55,491 nucleotides of DNA from Bacteroidota bacterium (lineage in GTDB: Bacteria > Bacteroidota > Bacteroidia > Bacteroidales > FEN-979). The notes beneath the pieces are model-generated. The model did no database searches. It was given only the letters and a program-made list of their open reading frames with translations, and was not told the origin of the DNA. Location: positions 1-55,491 of the forward strand of contig QYQJ01000019.1 in NCBI GenBank assembly GCA_007280875.1, read 5' to 3'. Position 1 is the stretch's first letter. Every line of letters starts with the position of its first letter. Position numbers and translations under genes: made by a program. Positions 20,927-29,843 of this stretch are shown one piece after another.

Positions 20927-20947
20927 CTGGATTACGGAAAAATAACC

Positions 20948-20955
20948 TATTTTTG
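20948..20955 (+). promoter_or_regulatory. Bacteroidota -7 box (TATTTTTG)
   Basis: TAnnTTTG match 20 nt upstream of the ATG at 20975. Confidence 0.4.
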
Positions 20956-20974
20956 CCTCTCCAACGGAACTCGA

Positions 20975-21253
20975 ATGGAAAAGAAGAAAAAACATGTCGA
21001 ACCAGCTGCGCAATCAAAACAGCCTGTGCAATCCGGTGATTTTGCATTCGGCAAAGAGAATTACCGCCTGATGCTGATAGGATTAGCCCTCATCGCCATA
21101 GGATTCATCCTGATGATTGGCGGAGGATCGAAAGACCCGTCTCAGTTCAATCCGGATATCTTCAGTTTCCGACGCATCACGCTGGCCCCGATCCTTGTGT
21201 TGGCCGGGTATGTAGTGGAGATCTTTGCCATCATGAAGAAACCGAAGGATTGA
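20975..21253 (+). CDS. Small two-TM membrane protein (DUF3098-like)
   Basis: 92 aa with two TM helices. It occupies the position between ftsX and uppP that DUF3098 proteins occupy in Bacteroidota. Confidence 0.6.
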   Translation: MEKKKKHVEPAAQSKQPVQSGDFAFGKENYRLMLIGLALIAIGFILMIGGGSKDPSQFNPDIFSFRRITLAPILVLAGYVVEIFAIMKKPKD

Positions 21254-21254
21254 G

Positions 21255-22052
21255 ATGACCTTGTTTGAAGCCATCATTGTGGCGATCGTGGAGGGGATTA
21301 CAGAGTTCCTTCCTATTTCTTCCACAGGACATATGATCATTACCCAGGCCATCCTGGGAATCCCCCCGTCAGAATTTGTGAAAGCCTTTACCGTGAACAT
21401 CCAGTTTGGGGCAATCTTATCGGTGATCGTACTGTACTGGAAACGTTTTTTTCAGAGCTGGGGTTTCTATAAAACAATCGCTATTGCCTGTACACCCCTG
21501 ATCATTGCCTATCTGTTATCCAGCCTCATCGATAAAATGCTGGGAAGTGTGCTGATCGTTGCCATCGCCCTGGTAGTGGGCGGAGTGTTCCTTATCTTCG
21601 TCGACAAGTGGTTTGACCGTCCGGAGAATGAAAAGACAAAACTGACCTATTATAAAGCACTATATATTGGCCTGTTTCAGATCATCGCAGTGATCCCGGG
21701 AATTTCGCGCAGTGCTGCCACCATCATCGGTGGGATGAGCCAGAAAATCAGCCGGAAACGATCGGCTGAGTTCTCTTTTTTCCTGGCAGTTCCGACCATG
21801 TTCGCAGCCTCCGCGTTTAAACTTTATAAGCTTAATTCCAATGAAGCCACTGCACAGGTTTTTTCAATGGAAAACCTGCACATACTTCTCGTTGGAAATG
21901 CAGTGGCTTTTATTGTGGCCATGATCACCATCAAATTCTTCATTGCTTTTCTGACCCGGCATGGATTCAAGGCATTCGGGTTTTACCGGATAGGGGTTGG
22001 AATGATCATCCTGATTCTCCTTTTCTCCGGACATTCATTAACCCTGTTCTGA
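21255..22052 (+). CDS. uppP: Undecaprenyl-diphosphate phosphatase
   Basis: EGITEFLPISSTGH motif and a polytopic 265-aa protein (BacA/UppP family). Confidence 0.93.
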   Translation: MTLFEAIIVAIVEGITEFLPISSTGHMIITQAILGIPPSEFVKAFTVNIQFGAILSVIVLYWKRFFQSWGFYKTIAIACTPLIIAYLLSSLIDKMLGSVLIVAIALVVGGVFLIFVDKWFDRPENEKTKLTYYKALYIGLFQIIAVIPGISRSAATIIGGMSQKISRKRSAEFSFFLAVPTMFAASAFKLYKLNSNEATAQVFSMENLHILLVGNAVAFIVAMITIKFFIAFLTRHGFKAFGFYRIGVGMIILILLFSGHSLTLF

Positions 22053-22741
22053 TGCCGTTTGATTTCTCAGAAGGCGAAATCCTGCTGATCAACAAACCAT
22101 ATCAATGGACCTCATTTGATGTGGTGAATAATTTCCGTTATTTCCTGAAATCGAAACAGGGCATAAAAAAAATCAAGATCGGGCATGCCGGAACCCTCGA
22201 TCCGCTGGCCACCGGATTGCTGATCCTGTGTACGGGTAAATTCACTAAAAAAATCGAAGAGTTCAAGGCATTTGATAAAGAGTATACCGGGGTGTTCACC
22301 CTGGGTGCAACCACTCCTTCATTTGATCTGGAGACTGAGATCGATCACCGTTTTCCCCTCAACCGGATCTCAGAACAGAGGATCCGGGAAACGGCTCTCC
22401 GCTTCACAGGGGAACAGATGCAGGTGCCACCCCGCTTTTCGGCGGTCAAGATCAAGGGAAAACGGGCGTATGAATTTGCTCGTGGGGAGGAGGAGGTGAA
22501 ACTGGCTCCCAGGCCTGTTGAGATTTCAGCCTTTGAGATCACCCGGATTGAGATGCCGGACCTCCATTTCCGGATTGTCTGCAGTAAGGGAACTTACATC
22601 CGGGCGCTGGCCCGGGATTTTGGGCAGAGATTAAAAAACGGAGCCTACCTGAGTGCGCTTTGCCGCACCCGGATAGGCCCCTATCATATACGGGATGCCT
22701 GGGAGTTGGAAGATCTGAAATCCAGCCTTTCTCCAGGCTGA
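22052..22741 (+). CDS. truB: tRNA pseudouridine(55) synthase
   Basis: GHAGTLDPLATGLL catalytic Asp motif. The start overlaps the uppP stop (TGATG). Confidence 0.93.
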   Translation: MPFDFSEGEILLINKPYQWTSFDVVNNFRYFLKSKQGIKKIKIGHAGTLDPLATGLLILCTGKFTKKIEEFKAFDKEYTGVFTLGATTPSFDLETEIDHRFPLNRISEQRIRETALRFTGEQMQVPPRFSAVKIKGKRAYEFARGEEEVKLAPRPVEISAFEITRIEMPDLHFRIVCSKGTYIRALARDFGQRLKNGAYLSALCRTRIGPYHIRDAWELEDLKSSLSPG

Positions 22742-22939
22742 TCAGTTGCTTTCCGTGTTCTTCTTACAGGTCTGAATGCCAAATGGTATGTAAACCGGAC
22801 ACCAGCGGAAAAAAGCAGTCAATAATGGGATGACACCCAGAATGCCCCACCAGCTTTGATAAATAATGCCCAGAGCAAATAGTACAACACCCAGGATGAT
22901 GCGGATCCACATGTCAACAGTTCCAACATTCTTTTTCAT
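22742..22939 (-). CDS. DUF2892-like small membrane protein (YgaP-like)
   Basis: 65 aa, two TMs, and the RxxxG...FRWCPVY pattern typical of DUF2892. Confidence 0.65.
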   Translation of the reverse strand: MKKNVGTVDMWIRIILGVVLFALGIIYQSWWGILGVIPLLTAFFRWCPVYIPFGIQTCKKNTESN

Positions 22940-23033
22940 AATGTGCTTGTTTTTTTATTCACGATGCAAATATACAAAAAGTTAGATTTGTTAGGGATAA
23001 AAAAGATAAACCGGTGAAGCAACGCTAATTTGT

Positions 23034-23041
23034 TATCTTTG
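23034..23041 (+). promoter_or_regulatory. Bacteroidota -7 box (TATCTTTG)
   Basis: Exact TAnnTTTG match. It overlaps the GTG at 23041 and therefore argues for a later tadA start. Confidence 0.45.
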
Positions 23042-23517
23042 TGAAAAGCGGACATAGTGTGGCATCAGGCACCTCATACGAACTCTTTTCCGACGAGTAC
23101 TTCATGAACGAAGCGCTCAAAGAAGCCGTCAAAGCCTTTGACAAACAGGAGGTTCCTGTAGGTGCCGTGATCGTATGTGAAAATGAGATCCTGGCCCGTG
23201 CCCACAACCTTACCGAAACCCTGAACGATGTGACCGCCCACGCAGAAATGCAGGCCTTCACGGCAGCGGCTTCCGGTCTTGGCGGAAAATACCTGAATGA
23301 ATGCACCCTCTATGTCACCCTGGAACCCTGTATAATGTGTGCCGGCGCAGCATTCTGGACGCAGATAGGACGCATTGTCTTTGGCGCAGATGACGAAAAA
23401 AGGGGTTACAGATTGATCAAACATCCGGTACTTCACCCCAGAACGGAGATCACCGGCGGTGTGCTCGCGGAGCAGTGCGCCACACTCATGAAGTTGTTTT
23501 TCAAGAAGAGACGGTGA
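23041..23517 (+). CDS. tadA: tRNA adenosine(34) deaminase
   Basis: HAEMQA and PCIMCAGA zinc-binding motifs. The start is uncertain. The maximal ORF begins at GTG 23041, but the -7 box overlapping it favours GTG 23059 or ATG 23104. The conserved DEYFM segment lies upstream of 23104. Confidence 0.88.
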   Translation: MKSGHSVASGTSYELFSDEYFMNEALKEAVKAFDKQEVPVGAVIVCENEILARAHNLTETLNDVTAHAEMQAFTAAASGLGGKYLNECTLYVTLEPCIMCAGAAFWTQIGRIVFGADDEKRGYRLIKHPVLHPRTEITGGVLAEQCATLMKLFFKKRR

Positions 23518-23555
23518 GATACTCCTAAATCCCCAAAAGGGGACTTACTCCCTCT

Positions 23556-23807
23556 TCAGGGGGCAGGGGGATATGTCGTCCTTCGTCCTTTCTGATAAGT
23601 TTTCCACACTTTCCTTCCGCCATAGGTTGCGCCCAGTGCCAGTAGAATACCCAATCCTCCGTCTATCGGCGCACCCGCTGGAGCATTACCGTTCTGTCCA
23701 TGTGAAGCAGGTGGAGGAGGGGGCTCTGGAGGATCGGCCAGGGAGGGAATAGTCCAAAAAAGCCAAAGAATTACTGCTGTTGTGATTAATTTCCATGTAT
23801 TTTTCAT
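23556..23807 (-). CDS. Small secreted/anchored proline-rich protein (hypothetical)
   Basis: 83 aa with a signal peptide, a PPEPPPPP stretch, a Gly/Ala-rich C-terminal TM (GGLGILLALGATYGG) and a basic tail. Confidence 0.5.
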   Translation of the reverse strand: MKNTWKLITTAVILWLFWTIPSLADPPEPPPPPASHGQNGNAPAGAPIDGGLGILLALGATYGGRKVWKTYQKGRRTTYPPAP

Positions 23808-23828
23808 GACAATATTTTTTACTGTTAA

Positions 23829-26294
23829 TCAATAGGATATCCGCTCAAGAAAGAGTTTTCGTGCAACCGATTGTTGGTCACGGGTCAAGGTAACAATGTA
23901 AAATCCCGAAGGCAGATCGGTTTCAATCCTGTTCTCCTGTACGTCAGCAGTTGTGGTAAGAACCAGTTTTCCACATAGGTCAAATAAGTTCACTGTGATT
24001 GAATAGGAACAGGATTCAAGGCCATGAATTAAAATCAGGTTTTGTTCAGAGGAGACAGAGATCACCTGGATGGGATCCTCCTCTTCATCTCCGGCCGGAT
24101 TACCGATCCGGATGGTGAACCGGTCAGGGTCAAATCCTGGTGAAGCGTCGAAAAGATACTCCGGATCAATTCTCAGATCGACCTGGTTTTGCTCCAGGTG
24201 ATCTTCCAGGTAGAGATCCTCACCTGACGGAAAGCTTTCCTGCCCTTCCACCAGGAACCGATACTCTCCGGCTACTCCGGAAATAAAGCCCAGAGGCAGT
24301 ATCAACCCGGATACAGAAGAGGGGATCACACTGACGGAGAGATAAGTTTCGCCGTCGATCCAGAAGAGCTGGGGAGCATCCGGCGAACCATAGAACTTCA
24401 GTACATCCTGAAACGGGTCATATCCGGCTGCAGCGGAATCCTGCAAGGAAACTACGGCTCCATCACTACGGGTTCCGTAGAAGAGAGATACTGTCAGGGT
24501 ATTCAACAGGGTGTTTTTATAAAAGGGCTGCAGGGCGTGTACGCGTGAGGAAGCGGGAATGGTGAGCGTTGGATCAGCGCTGTTTGCGTGCACAAAAAAG
24601 CCCTGCAGAGCCGGAATGATCCCATTGATCAGGGTCCCCACACTCCCATTCCAGCTTTTATAATTCCCCGCCTCACCATCCCACGCCCAAACCGCGTTAT
24701 CGACATTGCTCTTTACCCAGTTATTGATCTCCGCATTCAATGCCGATGAAAAAGGATTTCCAATTAAATTAAAACCGGAAAAATCCCCGTCGGTATAGGT
24801 AATTTCCGGCGACAAATCCCCGGTGTTCAGAGAGCCGCTGAACGCTTTCAATGTGTCCTCTGGATAGGCGACCAAATACCCGGTCCCGGGAATGAAATTC
24901 CGGTTATCACCCGGTTGAAAGGATGTGTTCCAGTTGCCGGATTCATCCTTACAGTTGACCCAGGCCCCTAAAGGCTCATCCCAGCGGTAGAAATCGGTTC
25001 CGGCTTCCGGAGGATTCCCCACAAACTCAGGCTGAATGGCCTGGTTTGTCACAGGGGATGACAGCATATGGTACCTGGAATCATCAGGATTCAAATATTT
25101 TTTAATGAACCGCTCTGCCCTGACGGTTCCGGACCCGGTAATAACTCCCGCTGCAATCCACGAAGCGGTTGCACCGGAATCGGGCGGAGATCTCAGAATC
25201 AGGCATTCGTACCCACCAAGATCACAATTCCCCGATACGGTAACGGCCTTCTCTGCTACTACCTCAAGGACCGCACCGGATTCGACAGTGAGATTACCAC
25301 CGACGGACAGGTCTTCCACAATGGTTTTCGTCCCGTTTCCGGAAAGAACCAGGTGATGGTAATTCGCCGGGTTTCCCACAGTTTGAGCGGTATCTCCGGA
25401 GTAGATCACTGTGGATCCGGAGAGAAACGAATAGGTGTTGTTGGTAAATCCGATCTCTCCCCAATCGGCTGCCGTCAGATTCAGGGTCCCCCCATCCGAA
25501 ATGGTAAACGTGTGGCCGGAGGCCCCGCTGTTCGGACAACTGATCGATGCTGTTTCGACCAAACCCCCTCCGTTAATGGTTACGGAGACTGGGTTGGCTG
25601 AATTGCTGTTGGTGAGGAAAAGGATGCCGGAGACACGAAGGCAGCCACTTACCGAAATGGAGCCTCCGCCGGTGGTACTGCCGGCCCCGTTGATGCCGTC
25701 TATGGCAACGTTACCAGCAGTGGTGCCATCCCCGGTGACATCCAGGGTATCCCCGGAATCAATAATTACCTGGAAAACGGTACCCGATTTATTATTATAC
25801 AATGCAGTTCCCCCGTACCGAAGCCGCATCGTCATATAGATCCCAACCATGGAGGTGCTGTTGACATTGTCGTTTTTCCGGATCCGGGCCGCATCAAAAA
25901 TCCCGTTTCCGGCGACGTTACAGGTGTCTCCTTCGATGTTGAAGCTGATCAGGTCGTAGGTAGCCCCATTCCCGATCTGGCCTTCGCACAGGATATTCCC
26001 GTAGAGGTTGATATACCTCGGATTGGATCCTGTATTGGAGTTGTTGGCATACAACTTTCCTCCATTGTTCACAGTGAGGTTCCGACAACTCTTGCCGCTC
26101 GACTCTACCACCACGGTATGCCCGCAAAGAATGGTTACATGGTCGGAGGCTCCGGGCACAACACCCCCTACCCAGGTGGAGGTACTTCCCCAGTTTCCCG
26201 ACTGTGCCGATTCAATGTCGGCAGCATTTGATAAACCCGGCCACCACCAGTATACCACAAGTAGAATAACCGGAACATGTCCAACTCGTTTCAT
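23829..26294 (-). CDS. T9SS type-A sorting-domain (CTD) cargo protein with beta-helix-like repeats
   Basis: Signal peptide, N-terminal [16 protein letters not shown] motif and Gly/Thr/Asn-rich repeats. The C-terminal ~80 aa end in ...[24 protein letters not shown], typical of Por secretion tails. Confidence 0.8.
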   Translation of the reverse strand: MKRVGHVPVILLVVYWWWPGLSNAADIESAQSGNWGSTSTWVGGVVPGASDHVTILCGHTVVVESSGKSCRNLTVNNGGKLYANNSNTGSNPRYINLYGNILCEGQIGNGATYDLISFNIEGDTCNVAGNGIFDAARIRKNDNVNSTSMVGIYMTMRLRYGGTALYNNKSGTVFQVIIDSGDTLDVTGDGTTAGNVAIDGINGAGSTTGGGSISVSGCLRVSGILFLTNSNSANPVSVTINGGGLVETASISCPNSGASGHTFTISDGGTLNLTAADWGEIGFTNNTYSFLSGSTVIYSGDTAQTVGNPANYHHLVLSGNGTKTIVEDLSVGGNLTVESGAVLEVVAEKAVTVSGNCDLGGYECLILRSPPDSGATASWIAAGVITGSGTVRAERFIKKYLNPDDSRYHMLSSPVTNQAIQPEFVGNPPEAGTDFYRWDEPLGAWVNCKDESGNWNTSFQPGDNRNFIPGTGYLVAYPEDTLKAFSGSLNTGDLSPEITYTDGDFSGFNLIGNPFSSALNAEINNWVKSNVDNAVWAWDGEAGNYKSWNGSVGTLINGIIPALQGFFVHANSADPTLTIPASSRVHALQPFYKNTLLNTLTVSLFYGTRSDGAVVSLQDSAAAGYDPFQDVLKFYGSPDAPQLFWIDGETYLSVSVIPSSVSGLILPLGFISGVAGEYRFLVEGQESFPSGEDLYLEDHLEQNQVDLRIDPEYLFDASPGFDPDRFTIRIGNPAGDEEEDPIQVISVSSEQNLILIHGLESCSYSITVNLFDLCGKLVLTTTADVQENRIETDLPSGFYIVTLTRDQQSVARKLFLERISY

Positions 26295-26336
26295 ACGAAA
26301 TTTTAGACATTAATCCGGTTTAGGGGCAAAAGGTTA

Positions 26337-26344
26337 TATCTTTG
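26337..26344 (+). promoter_or_regulatory. Bacteroidota -7 box (TATCTTTG)
   Basis: Exact match 57 nt upstream of the ATG at 26401. Confidence 0.45.
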
Positions 26345-26357
26345 TTAATAACTTTTA

Positions 26358-26383
26358 CTCATAACCTCACAAACTCACCAACT
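26358..26383. repeat. 8-mer tandem array (CTCAYMAM x3) in a 5' UTR
   Basis: ctcataac ctcacaaa ctcaccaa. This is the reverse complement of the GTGAGTTT family seen at 11246. Confidence 0.7.
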
Positions 26384-26400
26384 TTTTAATAAACACCAAA

Positions 26401-26961
26401 ATGTCATTAAGCAGACAAGAAGCTCTAGATATACTACACAGGTACATTAAGAACGAAAAGATGATTGCACATTCCCTTGCTTCAGAAGCCGTTATGCGGG
26501 GGTTGGCCAGACAACTCGGCCGGGATGAAGAACAATGGGCCATGGCCGGCCTGCTGCATGATCTCGATGTCGAGATCACCAACGCGGAACCTGCCGTGCA
26601 TGGAACGCAAACAGAGGTGTTATTGAAGGATTACGATATGGATCCGGAGATCCTTGATGTCATCCGGATGCATAATGAGTGTTCTTCCGGAAAAGAGCGT
26701 AACACAGAATTTCAATACGCGTTGGCTGCCGGGGAGACCATTACCGGGCTGATCTTTGCTACGACCTATGTCTATCCTGATAAAAAGCTTTCCAGCGTAA
26801 AACCAGAATCGGTGGTCAAACGAATGAAAGCAAAAGCTTTTGCCGCATCAGTCAGCCGGGAAAACATCCTGGAATGCGAGAAAATCGGCTTGCCACTGCC
26901 TGAGTTTGCCGCTCTGGCAATTGAATCCATGTTGCCGGTAGCCAAGGAGATTGGACTGTAA
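26401..26961 (+). CDS. HD/HDIG-domain metal-dependent phosphohydrolase
   Basis: H...HD pattern (IAHSLASEAV ... AGLLHDLD) in a 186-aa single-domain protein. Confidence 0.7.
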   Translation: MSLSRQEALDILHRYIKNEKMIAHSLASEAVMRGLARQLGRDEEQWAMAGLLHDLDVEITNAEPAVHGTQTEVLLKDYDMDPEILDVIRMHNECSSGKERNTEFQYALAAGETITGLIFATTYVYPDKKLSSVKPESVVKRMKAKAFAASVSRENILECEKIGLPLPEFAALAIESMLPVAKEIGL

Positions 26962-26967
26962 CTGGCC

Positions 26968-26999
26968 GGTGAGATGGCGAACTCACAATCTCACCATTC
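26968..26999. terminator. Repeat-derived hairpin between convergent genes (GGTGAGAT ... ATCTCACC)
   Basis: An 8-bp perfect stem (26968-26975 with 26988-26995) built from the same GTGAG 8-mer family. There is no strong T-run. Confidence 0.4.
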
Positions 27000-27001
27000 C
27001 G

Positions 27002-27718
27002 TTAATTCATCAGGGGAACATTGCGATGTCGATCCAAGGTCTCTGGATTCGCAATGACAACACTGCCCAGTTCAGCAAGTCGTTGAATTTCATCCGACTC
27101 CAGAACATGTATCCCCGGTTTTGAAGCCAGGGCACACCGGATCATCGCCCGGGCGACATAGTCGGCACGGATTGCCCGGTATTTCCCCAGGGAGCCGAAC
27201 AGAAAGGGGGAAAACAGCCCCGATAAGATCTTCCAGATAGTTTCCCCAAACCGTTTTTCCTGACGGTCGCCCAAAAGCATCGAGGGCCTAAGGATATAGA
27301 TGGAAGGGATGGAACAGGCCTTCACAAGCTCTTCCATCTCTCCCTTTGTGCGCAGGTAGAAGTTCCCGGATTTGGGATTGGCTCCAACGGAGGAAATAAC
27401 CAGAAAGGTCTTGATTCCCGACCGTTCAGCCAACCGGGCTAGTTCGGACACATAGGTCACATCGACTTTCCGGAAAGCTTCCCGGGTTTTCGCCTTCCGG
27501 ATCGTGGTTCCCAGACAGCAGTAAATATGATTTGCGTCGACAGAAGGAATGTCGGGGATTTCATCAAACACCAGCACCATCTCTACGAATTTCTGATCAG
27601 GTGTCCAAGAGGGTGTACGAACCCACGATTGAATTTCCCGGTATAAATTGCTTTCAAGAAGCTGATTTATAAGGGATTTTCCGATTAATCCGGAGGCGCC
27701 TATGAGGATCGTTTTCAT
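27002..27718 (-). CDS. NAD(P)H-binding Rossmann protein (atypical SDR/HTATIP2-like)
   Basis: MKTILIGASGLIGKSL glycine-rich motif. The start is set at ATG 27718. Confidence 0.7.
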   Translation of the reverse strand: MKTILIGASGLIGKSLINQLLESNLYREIQSWVRTPSWTPDQKFVEMVLVFDEIPDIPSVDANHIYCCLGTTIRKAKTREAFRKVDVTYVSELARLAERSGIKTFLVISSVGANPKSGNFYLRTKGEMEELVKACSIPSIYILRPSMLLGDRQEKRFGETIWKILSGLFSPFLFGSLGKYRAIRADYVARAMIRCALASKPGIHVLESDEIQRLAELGSVVIANPETLDRHRNVPLMN

Positions 27719-27796
27719 TTTGAATTTAGTTACCACCTATCTTTTCACCCCTTAAAGATATATAAATTAAAACAATACCTCCAACGGAAAAAATTC

Positions 27797-27804
27797 TATT
27801 TTTG
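27797..27804 (+). promoter_or_regulatory. Bacteroidota -7 box (TATTTTTG)
   Basis: TAnnTTTG match. It is too close to ATG 27806 and so favours the MKKLFMG start at 27830. It may drive the downstream cluster. Confidence 0.45.
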
Positions 27805-27829
27805 TATGCAGATTCTAAAATATGTCTTG

Positions 27830-28528
27830 ATGAAAAAGCTATTCATGGGGATTCTGCTGGTTTGCTCGACCGGATTCCTGCAGGGTCAGAACGGCCTCAG
27901 CTTCTCGGCCGGGTATCTCTATACCCATACCAGTGTGGCCGAATACAAACGCCCGGACTTTAATTTTTACATTCTCGATTATGTTTCAATCAATCCAAAC
28001 AGGAGTTCCGTATACGCCTCCGTTGGTATTAACCTGGACCTGGGAAACCGGTTTTACCTTTCCACAGGGATGAACTACCAGGAGATGGGGATTACCAACA
28101 TCAGTTTCACCGATACGCTGAATACGTTTTATTCCTATAAAGCCAACAAACATTACATCGGGTGGTCGTTGCTTCTGAATTACCACTACCGGTTTCGCGA
28201 CAGCCGGTTTGGCATCTTTGCCGGTGCCGGGCCTAAAATCGATTTTGCCATTGGTTATATCAGTGTCGCCGAAGCGGCCCCTTTCCGGGCCCGGGATTTT
28301 ATGACCCCATTTGCCCGGTTCAATGTGGTGGATTTCTCCATAGCTATAGAAGCGGGGGCCACGTTTCAACTGGGACCGGGTAATCTTTTTGCCCGGTTGA
28401 ATTATTTCCAGGGATTGAGTGATGTATTGAAGAATGATTACGTTGTGGGGAAAACGGTCTCATTTGGATTGGATGCAGGATATACCTTACCGTTGGACAA
28501 GATCCGGTTTTCCGGAAAGAAGAACTAA
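27830..28528 (+). CDS. Outer-membrane beta-barrel protein (small porin/PorT-like family)
   Basis: Signal peptide (LLVCSTGFLQGQ) and alternating amphipathic strands with aromatic residues. Confidence 0.6.
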   Translation: MKKLFMGILLVCSTGFLQGQNGLSFSAGYLYTHTSVAEYKRPDFNFYILDYVSINPNRSSVYASVGINLDLGNRFYLSTGMNYQEMGITNISFTDTLNTFYSYKANKHYIGWSLLLNYHYRFRDSRFGIFAGAGPKIDFAIGYISVAEAAPFRARDFMTPFARFNVVDFSIAIEAGATFQLGPGNLFARLNYFQGLSDVLKNDYVVGKTVSFGLDAGYTLPLDKIRFSGKKN

Positions 28529-28553
28529 CTAGTATCCATTAAAACATAGAACC

Positions 28554-29771
28554 ATGATTAGATTCCTCCTAATTTTCTGGTGTACACTCACCATTTCAGG
28601 CGAGCTTCTGGCGCAGGAAACAGTCCAGTGGCGCGGTCCGGAACGTAGCGGCAAATACCCGGCTACCGGGTTGCTGAAATCGTGGCCTGAAAGCGGACCA
28701 GCTCTCCTCTGGCATGTCGACGGCCTCGGCAAGGGACATTCATCCGCGGTGGTCACAAAAGATAGAATTTACCTTTCCGGTACCCTGGAAGAGACCGGTT
28801 ACATCTTCTGTTTTTCACCGGATGGTAAACTGCTCTGGAAAGTCCCATACGGAAAAGAGTGGACCGAAAGCTGGCCGGGTTCCCGCAGTACACCACTTTA
28901 CGTAGATGGCAAACTTTACATGATGAGCGGCTTTGGTAACCTGTTTTGCATGGATGCCGGTACCGGTAAATTTATCTGGAATGTTGATCTCTTCCGCGAA
29001 TACGACGGACGCAGTATCAAATGGGGCGTAACCGAGAACCTCCTGGTAGACGGAGATGTACTTTATTGTACACCCGGAGGGGAGAAGAATAATGTGATCG
29101 CCCTCGACCGGAACACCGGGAAACTGATCTGGTCCTGCCCCGGAAAGGGAGAGGTTAGCGCCTATTGCTCCCCGTTGCTGATCAAACTTCCGAAACGGAA
29201 TGTGCTGGTGACACAGACCGCTAATTCCATCCTCGGGATTGATGCGAAGACCGGGATCTTACTCTGGTCGCATCCACAGCCGAACAAATGGTCGGTCCAT
29301 GCCAATACCCCCTATTACCAGGACGGGTATGTTTACTGTGTGTCAGGATACGGACAGGGAGGCGTTCAGTTAAAGATCGCAGCTGACGGGAGCGTCAAAC
29401 AGGAAATGTGGCGGAATACCTTGATCGATAACCGGATGGGCGGATTTATCGTGCTGGACGATAGGATTTACGGATCAGACGATTCGAACAAGGGATGGTT
29501 TTGTGTAGATTGGAACACCGGGAAGGATATCACCACGGAGATCATGCCGGGAAGAGGGGTGGTCATTTACGCTGATGGGATGCTATACTGCTACAACGAT
29601 TCCGGGGAATTTACCCTGGCGAAACCAGCTCCTGCCGGATTGCAGAAAACAAGTTCCTTCCAGGTGCCCTATGGGGAAGACCAGCACTGGGCACATCCGG
29701 TGATCACCGACGGGAAACTCTTCATCCGGCATGGAAGTGCCCTGATGGTGTACGATATCCGTCAGAAGTAA
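28554..29771 (+). CDS. PQQ-like (BamB-like) beta-propeller repeat protein, Sec signal peptide
   Basis: Repeated xxDxxTGKxxW blades (MDAGTGKFIWNV, LDRNTGKLIWSC, IDAKTGILLWSH). The N-terminal signal ends at ...ELLAQE. Confidence 0.8.
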   Translation: MIRFLLIFWCTLTISGELLAQETVQWRGPERSGKYPATGLLKSWPESGPALLWHVDGLGKGHSSAVVTKDRIYLSGTLEETGYIFCFSPDGKLLWKVPYGKEWTESWPGSRSTPLYVDGKLYMMSGFGNLFCMDAGTGKFIWNVDLFREYDGRSIKWGVTENLLVDGDVLYCTPGGEKNNVIALDRNTGKLIWSCPGKGEVSAYCSPLLIKLPKRNVLVTQTANSILGIDAKTGILLWSHPQPNKWSVHANTPYYQDGYVYCVSGYGQGGVQLKIAADGSVKQEMWRNTLIDNRMGGFIVLDDRIYGSDDSNKGWFCVDWNTGKDITTEIMPGRGVVIYADGMLYCYNDSGEFTLAKPAPAGLQKTSSFQVPYGEDQHWAHPVITDGKLFIRHGSALMVYDIRQK

Positions 29772-29831
29772 ACAGGATTTTCATGTGAATCCATTCCCAG
29801 ACCCCTCACAATGAACTAACCAAAAAGCCAT

Positions 29832-29839
29832 TATCTTTG
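29832..29839 (+). promoter_or_regulatory. Bacteroidota -7 box (TATCTTTG) abutting the next start codon
   Basis: Exact match. Its last G is 5 nt before GTG 29844. Confidence 0.4.
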
Positions 29840-29843
29840 TGAG

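Noticed and set aside
23530-23543. tcccc-aaaa-gggga hairpin between tadA and the small Pro-rich gene as a bidirectional terminator
   Set aside because: The stem is only 5 bp and there is no clear U-tract on either strand. I left it unannotated.
25068-25601. 177-aa and 134-aa plus-strand ORFs inside the T9SS cargo gene
   Set aside because: They are antisense to a CDS with a signal peptide and a T9SS CTD. They are compositional artefacts of Gly/Thr/Ser-rich coding sequence.
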